Positions 52,808-62,640 of a stretch of DNA of 64,000 bases are shown here, piece after piece. Location of the stretch: NCBI GenBank assembly GCA_015487785.1, contig WFPC01000004.1:18336-82335 (forward strand), in the 5' to 3' direction. Both the position numbers and the translations under genes were made by a program. This DNA is from Gammaproteobacteria bacterium (GTDB lineage Bacteria; Pseudomonadota; Gammaproteobacteria; S012-40). The notes beneath the pieces were generated by a model. That model had not been told where the DNA came from, ran no database searches, and saw only the letters and a program-made list of their open reading frames with translations. The first letter of the stretch is position 1; each line of letters begins with the position of its first letter.

Positions 52808-54160
52808 ATGAGTAAGAATCAAACCCCACCGAATCCCGGTGCCGAAGGCCAGGGGATTGCCGGTCATGGCGCCTTTTTTCAGCAGACCAATCTGAGTCCG
52901 GAAGAGGCCGAGAAGGCCACCGACTGGGTGCGCAAGCATGTGGACAAGCGCAGCATGGATCTGGGCGAGCGTATGGACGACATTCGCGACCACATGTGGG
53001 AGTTGGAGAAGGAAGGCGAGATCATCGTCCACCGGATCACCGACGAGCACAAGCCGGAGACAGTGCAGACCCTGTTCGGTTGGGACAAGAAGATTCCCAC
53101 CACGCGTTTGTGGCACCACAAATCTTGTGGTCAGTGTGGCAATATCCCCGGCTACCCCACCTCGTTGCTGTGGTTCATGAACGAGTTTGGCTACCAGCCG
53201 GGGGTGGACTATCTCGATGAGACCGACCAGACTTCCTGCACCGCCTGGAACTATCACGGCTCCGGCATCGGCAACGTGGAATCACTGGCGGCGGTTTTCC
53301 TGCGCAATTTTCATCAGGCCTATGTGTCCGGCAAGCAGCATGGTCACGAGCTGGGCCACTTCTACCCGCTGGTGCATTGCGGCACCTCCTTTGGCAACTA
53401 CAAGGAAATCCGTAAATACCTGATCGAATCGGCCGACCTGCGTGAAAAGGTGAAAAAGATCCTTGGCAAGCTGGGGCGTCTGGTGGATGGCAAGCTGGTG
53501 ATCCCGGAGGAAATCGTGCACTACTCCGAGTGGGTACACGTGATGCGCCACCGCATTGCCAATGAATTGCAGAAGATCGATATCTCCAATTTGCGTGTCA
53601 CCGTGCATGCGGCGTGTCACTACTACAAGATGGTGCACGAGGACGCCATCTACGATCCCACCGTGCTGGGTGGCAATCGTGCCGCGCCTGGCACCTCCAT
53701 CGCCCAGGCCCTGGGTGCCCAGGTGATCGACTACTCCACTTGGTACGACTGCTGCGGTTTTGGCTTTCGTCACATCATTTCCGAACGGGAGTTCACCCGC
53801 TCGTTCACCATGGATCGCAAGATCCGGGTTGCCCGCGAGGAGGCCAATGCCGACGTGATGCTGGGTATCGACACCGGTTGCATCACCACCATGGACAAGA
53901 ACCAGTGGATCGGTCAGGCCCATGGTCAGAACTACAGCATGCCCATCATGGCCGATGTGCAGTTGGCGGCCCTGGCCTGTGGCGCCGACCCATTCAAGAT
54001 CGTGCAATTGCAGTGGCATGCCTCACCTTGCGAAGAGGTGGTGGAGAAAATGGGCATCAGTTGGAGTGATGCCAAGGCCAAGTTCGAGCAATATCTCAAG
54101 GAAGTCGAACAGGGCAATATCGAATACCTTTACGATCCAAAACTCGCAGTCGGGGGATAA
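52808..54160 (+). CDS. hdrB1: sHdr subunit B1
   Basis: HHKSCGQC, QTSCTAW, HAACH, DCCGFG, DTGC (degenerate CCG domains). Confidence 0.92.
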   Translation: MSKNQTPPNPGAEGQGIAGHGAFFQQTNLSPEEAEKATDWVRKHVDKRSMDLGERMDDIRDHMWELEKEGEIIVHRITDEHKPETVQTLFGWDKKIPTTRLWHHKSCGQCGNIPGYPTSLLWFMNEFGYQPGVDYLDETDQTSCTAWNYHGSGIGNVESLAAVFLRNFHQAYVSGKQHGHELGHFYPLVHCGTSFGNYKEIRKYLIESADLREKVKKILGKLGRLVDGKLVIPEEIVHYSEWVHVMRHRIANELQKIDISNLRVTVHAACHYYKMVHEDAIYDPTVLGGNRAAPGTSIAQALGAQVIDYSTWYDCCGFGFRHIISEREFTRSFTMDRKIRVAREEANADVMLGIDTGCITTMDKNQWIGQAHGQNYSMPIMADVQLAALACGADPFKIVQLQWHASPCEEVVEKMGISWSDAKAKFEQYLKEVEQGNIEYLYDPKLAVGG

Positions 54161-54166
54161 TAACTT

Positions 54167-55201
54167 ATGTCGGATACAGTACTCGTAGTTGGTGGAGGCC
54201 CGGCTGGTCTTTCGGCCGCGGCGGGGATTTCCGCGGCCGGCTTCAAGGCCGTGCTGGTGGAAAAGGAAGATCGTCTGGGCGGCGCGCCCATCCTGTCCGG
54301 CTATGCCAAGCTGGTGCCTTCCGGTGAATGGGCCAAGGATGCCATTGGCCGCATGGTGGAACAAGTGGAAGGCGACGCCAACATCCAGGTGCACAAGAGC
54401 ACCAAGGTGACCAAGCTCGATGGTGACGCCGGTAATTTCACCGCCACTTTGAGCAATGGTGACACGGTGCAGGTGGGATCGGTGGTGCTGGCTACTGGCT
54501 TCACCCATTTCGACTCCATCAACAAGCCGGAATGGGGCTTTGGCACTTTTCCCGATGTGCTTACCACCACACAGATGGAACAAATGGTCGGCTCCGGCAA
54601 GATCACCTGCCCCTCGGACGGGAGGGTGCCCGAGCGCGTGGCCATTCTGCTGTGCGTTGGTTCGCGTGATCGTCAGATCGGTCGTGAGTGGTGTTCCAAG
54701 ATATGCTGTACCGTGTCGGCCAACCTGGCCATGGAGATCAAGGAGCTTTCACCCGAAACCGAGGTGTTCATCTACTACATGGATATTCGTACCTTTGGTC
54801 TCTACGAAGACAAGTTCTACTGGAAGTCGCAAGAAGAGTTCAAGGTCAAGTACGTCAAGGCCCGCATTGCCGAAGTCACCGCTTCCGACGATGGCCGCCT
54901 GCTGGTCAAGGGTGAGGACACCCTGGTCAAGCGCCCCATCGTGATTCCTTTCGATATCGTGGTGCATGCCATAGGCATGGATCCCAACGAAGACAACCCC
55001 GAGATCGCCGAGACCTTTGGTGTGGGGCTGGAAAAGCACGGCTATATCGACAAGGCCGAAACCTACACCAATACCTGCGGCACTACCCGCAAGGGGATCT
55101 ACTCCTGTGGCGCGGCCTATGGCCCAGAGACCATCGACGACTCCATTGCCCAGGGCAAGGCCGCGGGTCTGCGGGCGGTGGCAGATCTGTCCAGGGCCTG
55201 A
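54167..55201 (+). CDS. hdrA: sHdr flavoprotein subunit A (short form)
   Basis: GGGPAG, LCVGSRD, WCSKICC, YYMDIRTFG. Confidence 0.93.
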   Translation: MSDTVLVVGGGPAGLSAAAGISAAGFKAVLVEKEDRLGGAPILSGYAKLVPSGEWAKDAIGRMVEQVEGDANIQVHKSTKVTKLDGDAGNFTATLSNGDTVQVGSVVLATGFTHFDSINKPEWGFGTFPDVLTTTQMEQMVGSGKITCPSDGRVPERVAILLCVGSRDRQIGREWCSKICCTVSANLAMEIKELSPETEVFIYYMDIRTFGLYEDKFYWKSQEEFKVKYVKARIAEVTASDDGRLLVKGEDTLVKRPIVIPFDIVVHAIGMDPNEDNPEIAETFGVGLEKHGYIDKAETYTNTCGTTRKGIYSCGAAYGPETIDDSIAQGKAAGLRAVADLSRA

Positions 55202-55230
55202 CGATCCGGCGGCGGAGAGGGGATGGCAGC

Positions 55231-56064
55231 ATGATGTGGTTCAAGAAGTCCACGCCACCCAATCCGGTCGAGGCCGTATCGCCTGTGGATCTGGCGGTGG
55301 AATTCGACGCCGGCATCTTGAGTGACAAATTACAGCAGTTGCTCGAAGCCATGAACGAGGGTGGCGGGCTGGAGCCCTTTGTGCAGGCCTTGCGCAACAA
55401 GCACACCTTGTTTGCTTCCACGCTGTCGAGCGAGCAATTGTCCGGCCTTACTCACGATGCCTTCATGTTGTTGTTGGAAACCGTGTTCCCTGCGCGTCGC
55501 AAACTGGCCGATGAGTTGCGGGCGCTACCGCAAGCGCGCCTGCAAGAGTTGACTCGGGCATTGATACATGGGCAGGGCAGCGTGGATGAACGCCTGTTGG
55601 CCTTTGTCGATGGCCTGGGCGGGCGAGAGCGCAAGACCCGGCGTGCCGCCTGGGACCTGGGCGCAGAACTGTTGCATTTTTGTGATCCCGAAGCCTATCC
55701 CCTGATGTGCCGTTGGGTGTGGGATGCGCGGGTGCAAAGCGGCGCCCTGCGTGAATTCATTCGCGCCAACGACAGCCTGCCGGAAATACCACTGGGGCAG
55801 GAGGCAGCCCAATTCGAGGCCGCGCGGCGATGGTTCGCCGAGCAGCTTGCCGAAAAGGGCTTTTATCGCGACATCCCCTACTTGCTCGACCTGGTGCTGG
55901 CGCAGGCCTATGCCGACTACGTGCTGGCCATGTCCAACGGCATGGGCATGATGGGCTCCGATTTCGGCGCCAAGATGGAGCCCATTGAATGGGTTCTCAA
56001 GCTGCTGGGCATCGAGCCCGAGCGCCCGGGCAAGTCGCGCATCAAGCGAGCAAGTGTGCACTGA
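55231..56064 (+). CDS. Conserved sHdr cluster protein (Hyp/sHdrH)
   Basis: Canonical position between hdrA and hdrC2; AELLHF..PE.YPLM.RWVWD...SGALRE. Confidence 0.8.
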   Translation: MMWFKKSTPPNPVEAVSPVDLAVEFDAGILSDKLQQLLEAMNEGGGLEPFVQALRNKHTLFASTLSSEQLSGLTHDAFMLLLETVFPARRKLADELRALPQARLQELTRALIHGQGSVDERLLAFVDGLGGRERKTRRAAWDLGAELLHFCDPEAYPLMCRWVWDARVQSGALREFIRANDSLPEIPLGQEAAQFEAARRWFAEQLAEKGFYRDIPYLLDLVLAQAYADYVLAMSNGMGMMGSDFGAKMEPIEWVLKLLGIEPERPGKSRIKRASVH

Positions 56065-56114
56065 CACCGAGCGAGGCTCTGGCCTCACAGACAAAACGAA
56101 CAACGGAGATCGAG

Positions 56115-56831
56115 ATGGCAATCCATGAAAAATCCTTGATCGAGGCGGAACGCTTGAAGACAGCCGATCACCTGGTGATCGATGGCGTCGACGTGTCCGG
56201 ACACTGGAATACCATGATCACGCCGCGCACCCTGTGCGACTACGATGAACATTTCGAAAAAACCATTCAGAAATACGGTGGTGGAGAAAACGTTCATCGT
56301 TGCTGGCAGTGTGGGTCCTGTACCAACTCCTGCACCATGTATGCGCAGAACGTAAATTTCAATCCCCGTTACTGGATCTATCTGACCCGGCTGGGTCTCA
56401 AGGACGAACTACTCAAGGACAAAGACATCATTTGGCAATGTGTGTCCTGTAATCGTTGCACCCACATTTGTCCCCGTGACGTGCGCCCCGAGGGCGTGAT
56501 GAAGGCGTTGGCGCACTGGATGGAGGAAGAAGGTATCACTGAGAAGAGCCCGGCCACCGTCTTCGACGAAGAGTTCTGGGACCAGATCGCCGAGCGTGGG
56601 CGTATAGAGGATAGCGAGGTGCTGAAAAATTTCTTCCAGAAGACCGGGCAGGAGCTGACACAGGACTGGCTGGTTGAAATGATCAAGCGCATGCTCAAGC
56701 ACTTGCCCTTCAAACACCTGTTTCGTTCTGGCAAGAACGCCGTAATGCACCCCCGCACTCAGAGCTGGGGGCGCACGGGTGAAGTGTTGAAGCAGTATGT
56801 TCAAGAACAGAAGGAGGCCATCCATGGCTAA
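56115..56831 (+). CDS. hdrC2: sHdr subunit C2
   Basis: CWQCGSCTNSC and CVSCNRCTHICP. Confidence 0.92.
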   Translation: MAIHEKSLIEAERLKTADHLVIDGVDVSGHWNTMITPRTLCDYDEHFEKTIQKYGGGENVHRCWQCGSCTNSCTMYAQNVNFNPRYWIYLTRLGLKDELLKDKDIIWQCVSCNRCTHICPRDVRPEGVMKALAHWMEEEGITEKSPATVFDEEFWDQIAERGRIEDSEVLKNFFQKTGQELTQDWLVEMIKRMLKHLPFKHLFRSGKNAVMHPRTQSWGRTGEVLKQYVQEQKEAIHG

Positions 56832-57735
56832 GGTTGCTTATTATCCCGGATGCGCGCTGGAGGGCAGCGGCGGTCCCTACGATCACTCCACCCGGGCTAT
56901 TGTCAAAAAGCTCGACCTGCAAATGGAAAAGCTGCAAGACTACAACTGCTGCGGTGCCATGGAGGTAAAGAACGTCCATCCCATGCTGCAGACCTATCTG
57001 TCCTCGCGCAATTTGGCCATCGCCGCGGAGCAGATGGGCTACGACACCGTGATGGCGCCATGTAATGGTTGTTATCACAACCTCAAAAAAGCCGAATTCG
57101 AACTGTCGACCTCCGAGGACTCCCTGAAGACAGTGCAGGATTTGGCAAAGAAAGCCGATGACCCGGTTTATCAGGGTAATGTGCGCACCGTTCATCTACT
57201 GGAGTGGTTGATGGAAGAGGTGGGCCCCGAAGGCATCAAGCAGCGTATCAATAAGAGCCTCAATGGCATCAAGGTGGCCAACTATTATGGCTGCATGTAC
57301 ACGCGGCCGCGTCAGATTTTTCCTGAGAAGGACAAGGGGCCGGGCTCCGAATCCACCTACAAGCCACATTTCATGGATGACCTTCTGGCAGCGGCGGGTG
57401 CCGAAAACGTCGACTTCCCGCTCAAGACGGCCTGTTGTGGTGGAGCGCACACCCTGTCCGATGCCGATACCTCTACCCAATTGGTGCTGAATTTGTTGCA
57501 GGCCGCGGAAGACAGTGGTGCCGAGGTCATTGCCACCGAGTGCCCCACGTGTCACTCCGGTTTGGAAATGCATCAGGTGAGAGCGGAAAAGGTTTTTGGT
57601 ATCAAGACCAATGTGAAAATTCTCTATTTCACCCAACTGCTGGGCCTGGCGCTGGGTTTGTCGCCGCGCAAATTGGGGATTCACGAAAATATCAGTGATT
57701 CCATAGATTTTCTCAAGCAAAAGGCCATAATCTGA
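56824..57735 (+). CDS. hdrB2: sHdr subunit B2
   Basis: YYPGC, NCCGA, CNGC, YYGC, ACCGG, CPTC (two CCG domains). Confidence 0.93.
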   Translation: MAKVAYYPGCALEGSGGPYDHSTRAIVKKLDLQMEKLQDYNCCGAMEVKNVHPMLQTYLSSRNLAIAAEQMGYDTVMAPCNGCYHNLKKAEFELSTSEDSLKTVQDLAKKADDPVYQGNVRTVHLLEWLMEEVGPEGIKQRINKSLNGIKVANYYGCMYTRPRQIFPEKDKGPGSESTYKPHFMDDLLAAAGAENVDFPLKTACCGGAHTLSDADTSTQLVLNLLQAAEDSGAEVIATECPTCHSGLEMHQVRAEKVFGIKTNVKILYFTQLLGLALGLSPRKLGIHENISDSIDFLKQKAII

Positions 57736-57777
57736 TCGGCGCAGGCATGTTTGGGTGCAGTGAGGGAGTCCGGTCGC

Positions 57778-58224
57778 ATGGACTGTAACCAGTGCGAGTT
57801 TCGGCCGGAACTCTATTACGATGACGAGTTCCAGATCTGGGTCTCGCGCGAGGACAATGGCGACTACCTGGTTGGTATGACCGATATATCCCAGACCATT
57901 GCGGGCCGGATTCTCCACGTTCGGGTGCGCCGTCCGGGTACCCGACGGCCCATGGGAAAGCCGGTGGCCACCCTGGAAAGTGGCAAATGGGCCGGACCGG
58001 TGCCCAATCTCATGGATTGCATCATCGTGGAAGGCAACCAGGCAGTGCTTGAGCAGCCGGGGTTACTCAACCGTGACCCCTACGGTGCCTGGATTGCACG
58101 GGTGCGCCCGATGGATGCAAACCAGGATGTGCTGGCTCCTTTCGTTACTGGCGAGCAAGCTCGCAAGGGCTATTGTGCTCGGGCCCAGGCAGAAGACATC
58201 CATTGCAAGCGGCTGAAAGACTGA
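57778..58224 (+). CDS. lbpA: Lipoate-binding protein (GcvH-like), LbpA1 type
   Basis: VGMTD, LESGKWAGP (lipoyl Lys), DPYGAWI; N- and C-terminal Cys. Confidence 0.85.
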   Translation: MDCNQCEFRPELYYDDEFQIWVSREDNGDYLVGMTDISQTIAGRILHVRVRRPGTRRPMGKPVATLESGKWAGPVPNLMDCIIVEGNQAVLEQPGLLNRDPYGAWIARVRPMDANQDVLAPFVTGEQARKGYCARAQAEDIHCKRLKD

Positions 58225-58234
58225 GCACATAACC

Positions 58235-58636
58235 ATGGGTGACACCAACTATTATCTCGACAACGACGAACAATCGGTGCTGATCATCATGACCAGTGGT
58301 CCCAGCACACCAGCACGTTGTGCCACGCCCTTCTTTCTGGGGTCCATCCTGGCGGCCATGGATGCCGAGGTGCGTATTTTCTTCACCATGGAAGGTGTGC
58401 GTCTGATGTGTCGCGGGGTGCCAGAAAACCTGGTGGCCATGGAGGGGGGCAAGAAGATCATCGAATTCGTGCGCGATGCAAAATCTGCGGGAGTCAAACT
58501 CAATGTATGTATGCCGGCTCTGCCCGGTTATGAGATAGACCCCCAGCACGACTTGATCGACGAAGTGGACGAGGTGGTAGGAGGCGGCGTATTGGCCGAC
58601 TTGATCCTGTCGGCTGATAAGGTAATATCGTTTTGA
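58235..58636 (+). CDS. DsrE3-type sulfurtransferase
   Basis: TPARCATPFF, FFTMEGV, LNVC, ADKVISF. Confidence 0.82.
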   Translation: MGDTNYYLDNDEQSVLIIMTSGPSTPARCATPFFLGSILAAMDAEVRIFFTMEGVRLMCRGVPENLVAMEGGKKIIEFVRDAKSAGVKLNVCMPALPGYEIDPQHDLIDEVDEVVGGGVLADLILSADKVISF

Positions 58637-58725
58637 GTTGAATCTGGGCGGAGCTTGGTCTCCGGTTCCCAACCAAGAATGCCGACGCATCGGCATGAAA
58701 CCATTGCAACTAGGGAGGCAATCGC

Positions 58726-59166
58726 ATGGGCACTGTTCGTGGCTGTGATATTCCAGAAGATTTGAGTTACAACGTTGAAAACAATGTGTGGGCGCGGCGG
58801 GAAGACGATGGTACCGTGACCATCGGTATGACCGCTTATGCCGCGGCGCTGGCAGGCCAGATCGTGTCCTACACGCCCAAGAAGGTCGGCAAGTCGGTAA
58901 AGAAAGACAAGTCCTGTGCCACCGTCGAGTCCGGCAAGTGGGTAGGTCCGGCCAAGTCGCCCGTGGCCGGTGAAGTGGTTGCCATCAACGATGCCGTTTC
59001 CGCCAATCCTGGCTTGATCAACGAAGATCCCTATGGTGAAGGCTGGCTGGTCAAGATTCAGCCTAGTGATTGGGATGCCGACTCCGCTGGCTTGGTGAGC
59101 GGAGCCGATGCCATTTCGGCCTTCGAAGCCAAGATGGAGGCTGATGGGTTTGACGGTTGCTCATAA
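58726..59166 (+). CDS. lbpA: Lipoate-binding protein (GcvH-like), LbpA2 type
   Basis: VRGC, VESGKWVGP, NEDPYGEGW, C-terminal GCS. Confidence 0.88.
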   Translation: MGTVRGCDIPEDLSYNVENNVWARREDDGTVTIGMTAYAAALAGQIVSYTPKKVGKSVKKDKSCATVESGKWVGPAKSPVAGEVVAINDAVSANPGLINEDPYGEGWLVKIQPSDWDADSAGLVSGADAISAFEAKMEADGFDGCS

Positions 59167-59248
59167 AACCAACATAGAGGTGGCATGGTCCTAGCCTTGC
59201 CGCCCTTTCGGTGCTTGCCCGGCCTCTTGCCGGGCTTGAGTTTTATCT

Positions 59249-60418
59249 TTGAAGGTGGATGCAATGCTCGATTGGATTGGTGCGCTTCGGCGCGTGGAAG
59301 CGCTGGAAGACGTGGACTTCGACGAAGCGCTGATCGAGAACATGGCCCGCCGCTGGGCGGCGTTGCCGCGCACCAGCAATTCCCGCATCAACTTCTATAC
59401 GCCCACATTCAAGTCCTACCAGAGTTCCGAAATCGCCAGTTGCGGAAAGAACGCTTGGCCTGCGCTGTCCATAACCGGTAGCGATTGCAAGTTGCAATGC
59501 GACCATTGCAAAGCCAAAATTCTCGAGCCCATGATCCCTGTGCGCACGCCGGAGAATCTGTGGCGTACAGTCAATCAATTGATCGAGGATGGCGCCCAGG
59601 GCATGTTGCTCACCGGGGGGTCAAACCACCGTAACGAAGTAGAATACGGCCCCTTCTACAGTACCATTCGTCGTATAAAGGATGAGTTTCCCCAGTTCAA
59701 GATAGCCTTGCATACCGCCTTGGTGGACGATGACATGGCACGAGCCATGGAGCAATCCGGTATCGACGCCGCTATGATGGACGTAATAGGTGCGCAGGAA
59801 ACCATTACTCAGGTTTACCACCTCAAGCGCAAGGTGGAAGACTTCGAGTTGACGCTGGAAAGCCTGGTCAATACATCCATGAAAGTGGTGCCGCATATTG
59901 TCATAGGCCTGCACTATGGCCACCTGCGGGGTGAGTGGACGGCGTTGGAAATGCTACAGCGTCATGTGCCCGATGCCGTGGTGCTGGTGGTGGTGATGCC
60001 CCAATATGCACCGGCAAAACGTCCCTTCGTGACGCCTGACCCCCACGAGGTAGGTCGTTTTTTCATGGATGCCCGTGAGGCTCTTCCAAATACACCCTTG
60101 TTGTTGGGCTGTGCCCGCCCTTCCGGCATGGTCAAATTGCAGATCGATAGCTATGCGGTCATGGCTGGTATCAGTGGGCTGGCGCATCCGGCCGATGGCG
60201 TGGTGGAGTTGGCGGCTCGCCTTGAACGTAGTGTCAAGATCACCCCGGCGTGTTGCTCCATTGCCGTGGGCGAGGAAGTCATGGCGCTGGACGATGCCGA
60301 CGATACCCTGGAACTGGATCTCGAGGCCATTCTGGCCCACGAGCGACAAAACCGCCGACCTGTGTTTGCCAAGCACAGTGCCCTGGCGGGTATCAAAGTG
60401 GTTGGCGACAACGCCTGA
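59249..60418 (+). CDS. lipS1: Radical SAM lipoyl synthase subunit LipS1 (start uncertain)
   Basis: SITGSDCKLQCDHC (CxxxCxxC), PHIVIGLHYG, LGCARP, ACCS. Confidence 0.82.
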   Translation: MKVDAMLDWIGALRRVEALEDVDFDEALIENMARRWAALPRTSNSRINFYTPTFKSYQSSEIASCGKNAWPALSITGSDCKLQCDHCKAKILEPMIPVRTPENLWRTVNQLIEDGAQGMLLTGGSNHRNEVEYGPFYSTIRRIKDEFPQFKIALHTALVDDDMARAMEQSGIDAAMMDVIGAQETITQVYHLKRKVEDFELTLESLVNTSMKVVPHIVIGLHYGHLRGEWTALEMLQRHVPDAVVLVVVMPQYAPAKRPFVTPDPHEVGRFFMDAREALPNTPLLLGCARPSGMVKLQIDSYAVMAGISGLAHPADGVVELAARLERSVKITPACCSIAVGEEVMALDDADDTLELDLEAILAHERQNRRPVFAKHSALAGIKVVGDNA

Positions 60419-60430
60419 GGAGGGCAGGAC

Positions 60431-61516
60431 ATGCAAACCAAGCAAACCTGGCGAGTGATAGACACCGGCTTGCGCCGTGCAGCGGAAAACATGGCGCTGA
60501 ACAAGACCTTGCTGGAAGGACACCAGCAGGGTATTACACCCCATACCCTGCGTTTTTTGCAATTCAAGCCCTCGGCCCTGCTGGGCTTTCACCAGAGCGC
60601 CGAGCAGGAGCTGCGTATCGACTATTGTGCTGAGCAAGGTATAGATATCCAGCGTCGCATCACCGGTGGCGGGGCCATCTATTTCGACGAAACCCAGATT
60701 GGCTGGGAGTTGTATCTCGACAAGCAAACCCTGGGTACGGCCGATATGAGCAAGATTGCGCGGCGTATCTGCGAAGCTGCGGCGCGAGGGATCAGCACTC
60801 TGGGTGTGGATGCCCGCTATCGGCCACGCAACGACATCGAGGTCGATGGCAGGAAAATCTCCGGTACTGGAGGTGCTTTCGATGGCGACTCCATTCTCTA
60901 CCAAGGCACGCTTCTGGTGGACTTCGATGTGGAGCGCATGTTGCGAGTATTGCGTATTCCGGCAGAAAAACTCTCCGACAAGGCTATTGCCTCGGCGCGT
61001 GAGCGGGTGGCCAATCTCAAGGATCTGCTGGGTGCTGTGCCGGATATGGTCCGGGTCAAGCAAAGCATCAGTCAGGCCTTCGCCGAAGAGTTCGGAGTTG
61101 TCTTTGAAGCTGGCGAACTCAATGAGCAGGAACAGGCGCTCTACGGGGAGTCACTGGCGGAAATCGACACCCCGGAATGGGTCTACCAGCACAATCGGCC
61201 GGCCAACGAGACGGCCGTGCTGGAAAACATCGTCAAGAGCGAGGGGGGGCTGATGCGGGTGGCCGTGTCGGTGGACCAGGCCAGGCAGCGTATCAAGCAG
61301 ATCTGGATCACCGGTGACTTTTTCGTCAACCCGCGCCGCATGGTGGCCGACCTGGAAGCTGCCCTGAAGGACACGCCTATCGCAGAAATGGCCGAGAACG
61401 TCCATCGTTTCTTCGATCATTACCCAGTGGAAATGTTGCTGCTGCGGCGAGAGGATTTCATCACGGCCATAACTGGTGCGCTCGATGGTGAACGCGAGGC
61501 CGCCGGCACCGCCTGA
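60431..61516 (+). CDS. lplA: Lipoate:protein ligase, sLpl(AB) type
   Basis: RRITGGGAIYFD, RNDIEVDGRKISGTG, ITGDFF. Confidence 0.9.
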   Translation: MQTKQTWRVIDTGLRRAAENMALNKTLLEGHQQGITPHTLRFLQFKPSALLGFHQSAEQELRIDYCAEQGIDIQRRITGGGAIYFDETQIGWELYLDKQTLGTADMSKIARRICEAAARGISTLGVDARYRPRNDIEVDGRKISGTGGAFDGDSILYQGTLLVDFDVERMLRVLRIPAEKLSDKAIASARERVANLKDLLGAVPDMVRVKQSISQAFAEEFGVVFEAGELNEQEQALYGESLAEIDTPEWVYQHNRPANETAVLENIVKSEGGLMRVAVSVDQARQRIKQIWITGDFFVNPRRMVADLEAALKDTPIAEMAENVHRFFDHYPVEMLLLRREDFITAITGALDGEREAAGTA

Positions 61517-62601
61517 TGAACATGCCACAATCCCAGCGTAAGGTCGATGTCCTGGTGGTTGGTCTGGGGCCGGGAGGCGGTAGTGCCGCCTGGAGGGCGG
61601 CCCGTGCTGGCTTGCGCGTGCTGGGGATAGACAAAAAGCGCCAAGTAGGCTTGCCGGTACAATGTGCCGAGTTCATTCCCCTGCCGTTGGGGCGCCATGC
61701 TGACAGTTCGGTGCGGGTACAGAATATTACCGGCATGAAGAGTTATTTGCCTTCGGGTTCGGTGGAAAAAAGCGACTTTCCCGGTTTAATGATAGATCGC
61801 CAGGCTTTCGATGCGGCTTTTTCAGCCAAGGCTCGATCGGCAGGTGCCGAATTACTTGTCAATACACGGCTGCGCTCCTTACGCATTGATGAACGTGTGG
61901 CGGTGATTGAAACGCCTGCGGGTATGAGCGAAATTACTTATGAACTGTTGATCGCTGCCGACGGGCCGCATTCACCCTGTGCACGATTTCTGGGCTGGCC
62001 GGAACAGCTCACTGTCAACACACGGCAATACACGGTGCCGCTCAAGCGGGCTTATAGTGACACCGATATCTGGTTGTCCGATGCCTATCCTGGAGGTTAT
62101 GCTTGGCTGTTCCCCAAGGGCAAGATGGCCAATATCGGCCTGGGAGCCGACAAGCGCTTCACTCACGATCTGAAAAAACCGCTGGATGAGTTGCATGAGC
62201 AGCTTTACAGGCAGGGTCTGGTAGGCGGAAAAATCCTTGCCCGTACCGGCGGGGCTATCCCTGTGGGTGGATTACGCGAACGCCTGAGCGATAGGAACAT
62301 CGTGTTCGTCGGTGATGCCGCCGGGCTTACCCATCCCATCACTGGAGCGGGTATTTCTGCCGCAGTGATATCGGGCGAGCGAGCCGGTCAGGCGGCTGTA
62401 GAGCTGATGGCCGGTGGCCAGGATGCCTTGGCGGACTACGAAGAAGACATCCGCGACCAGTTCGAGCATACCCTGCAACGGGCCGTGGCGCGCAGGCAAT
62501 GGCTGAGCCAGCATTGGCGCACGCCGCGTGCCCAGAAAGATGAGATCCAGCGCCGCGGCTGGATTGCTTTCGAGGAATATTTTGGCGAACCGGCTGCCTG
62601 A
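61516..62601 (+). CDS. lipT: FAD-dependent geranylgeranyl-reductase-like protein (LipT)
   Basis: VVGLGPGG, PVQCAE, AADG, GYAWLFPKG, VGDAAGLTHPITGAGI; context. Confidence 0.8.
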   Translation: MNMPQSQRKVDVLVVGLGPGGGSAAWRAARAGLRVLGIDKKRQVGLPVQCAEFIPLPLGRHADSSVRVQNITGMKSYLPSGSVEKSDFPGLMIDRQAFDAAFSAKARSAGAELLVNTRLRSLRIDERVAVIETPAGMSEITYELLIAADGPHSPCARFLGWPEQLTVNTRQYTVPLKRAYSDTDIWLSDAYPGGYAWLFPKGKMANIGLGADKRFTHDLKKPLDELHEQLYRQGLVGGKILARTGGAIPVGGLRERLSDRNIVFVGDAAGLTHPITGAGISAAVISGERAGQAAVELMAGGQDALADYEEDIRDQFEHTLQRAVARRQWLSQHWRTPRAQKDEIQRRGWIAFEEYFGEPAA

Positions 62602-62640
62602 GTCGCTGAAGCCTTGGTTTTCAAGAAGAGGAACCCCGTT

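Noticed and set aside
52074-59166. Methanogen-type Hdr or a glycine cleavage system
   Set aside because: Gene order, short HdrA, tusA/dsrE context and absence of gcvPT/mvh identify the sulfur-oxidising sHdr-LbpA system
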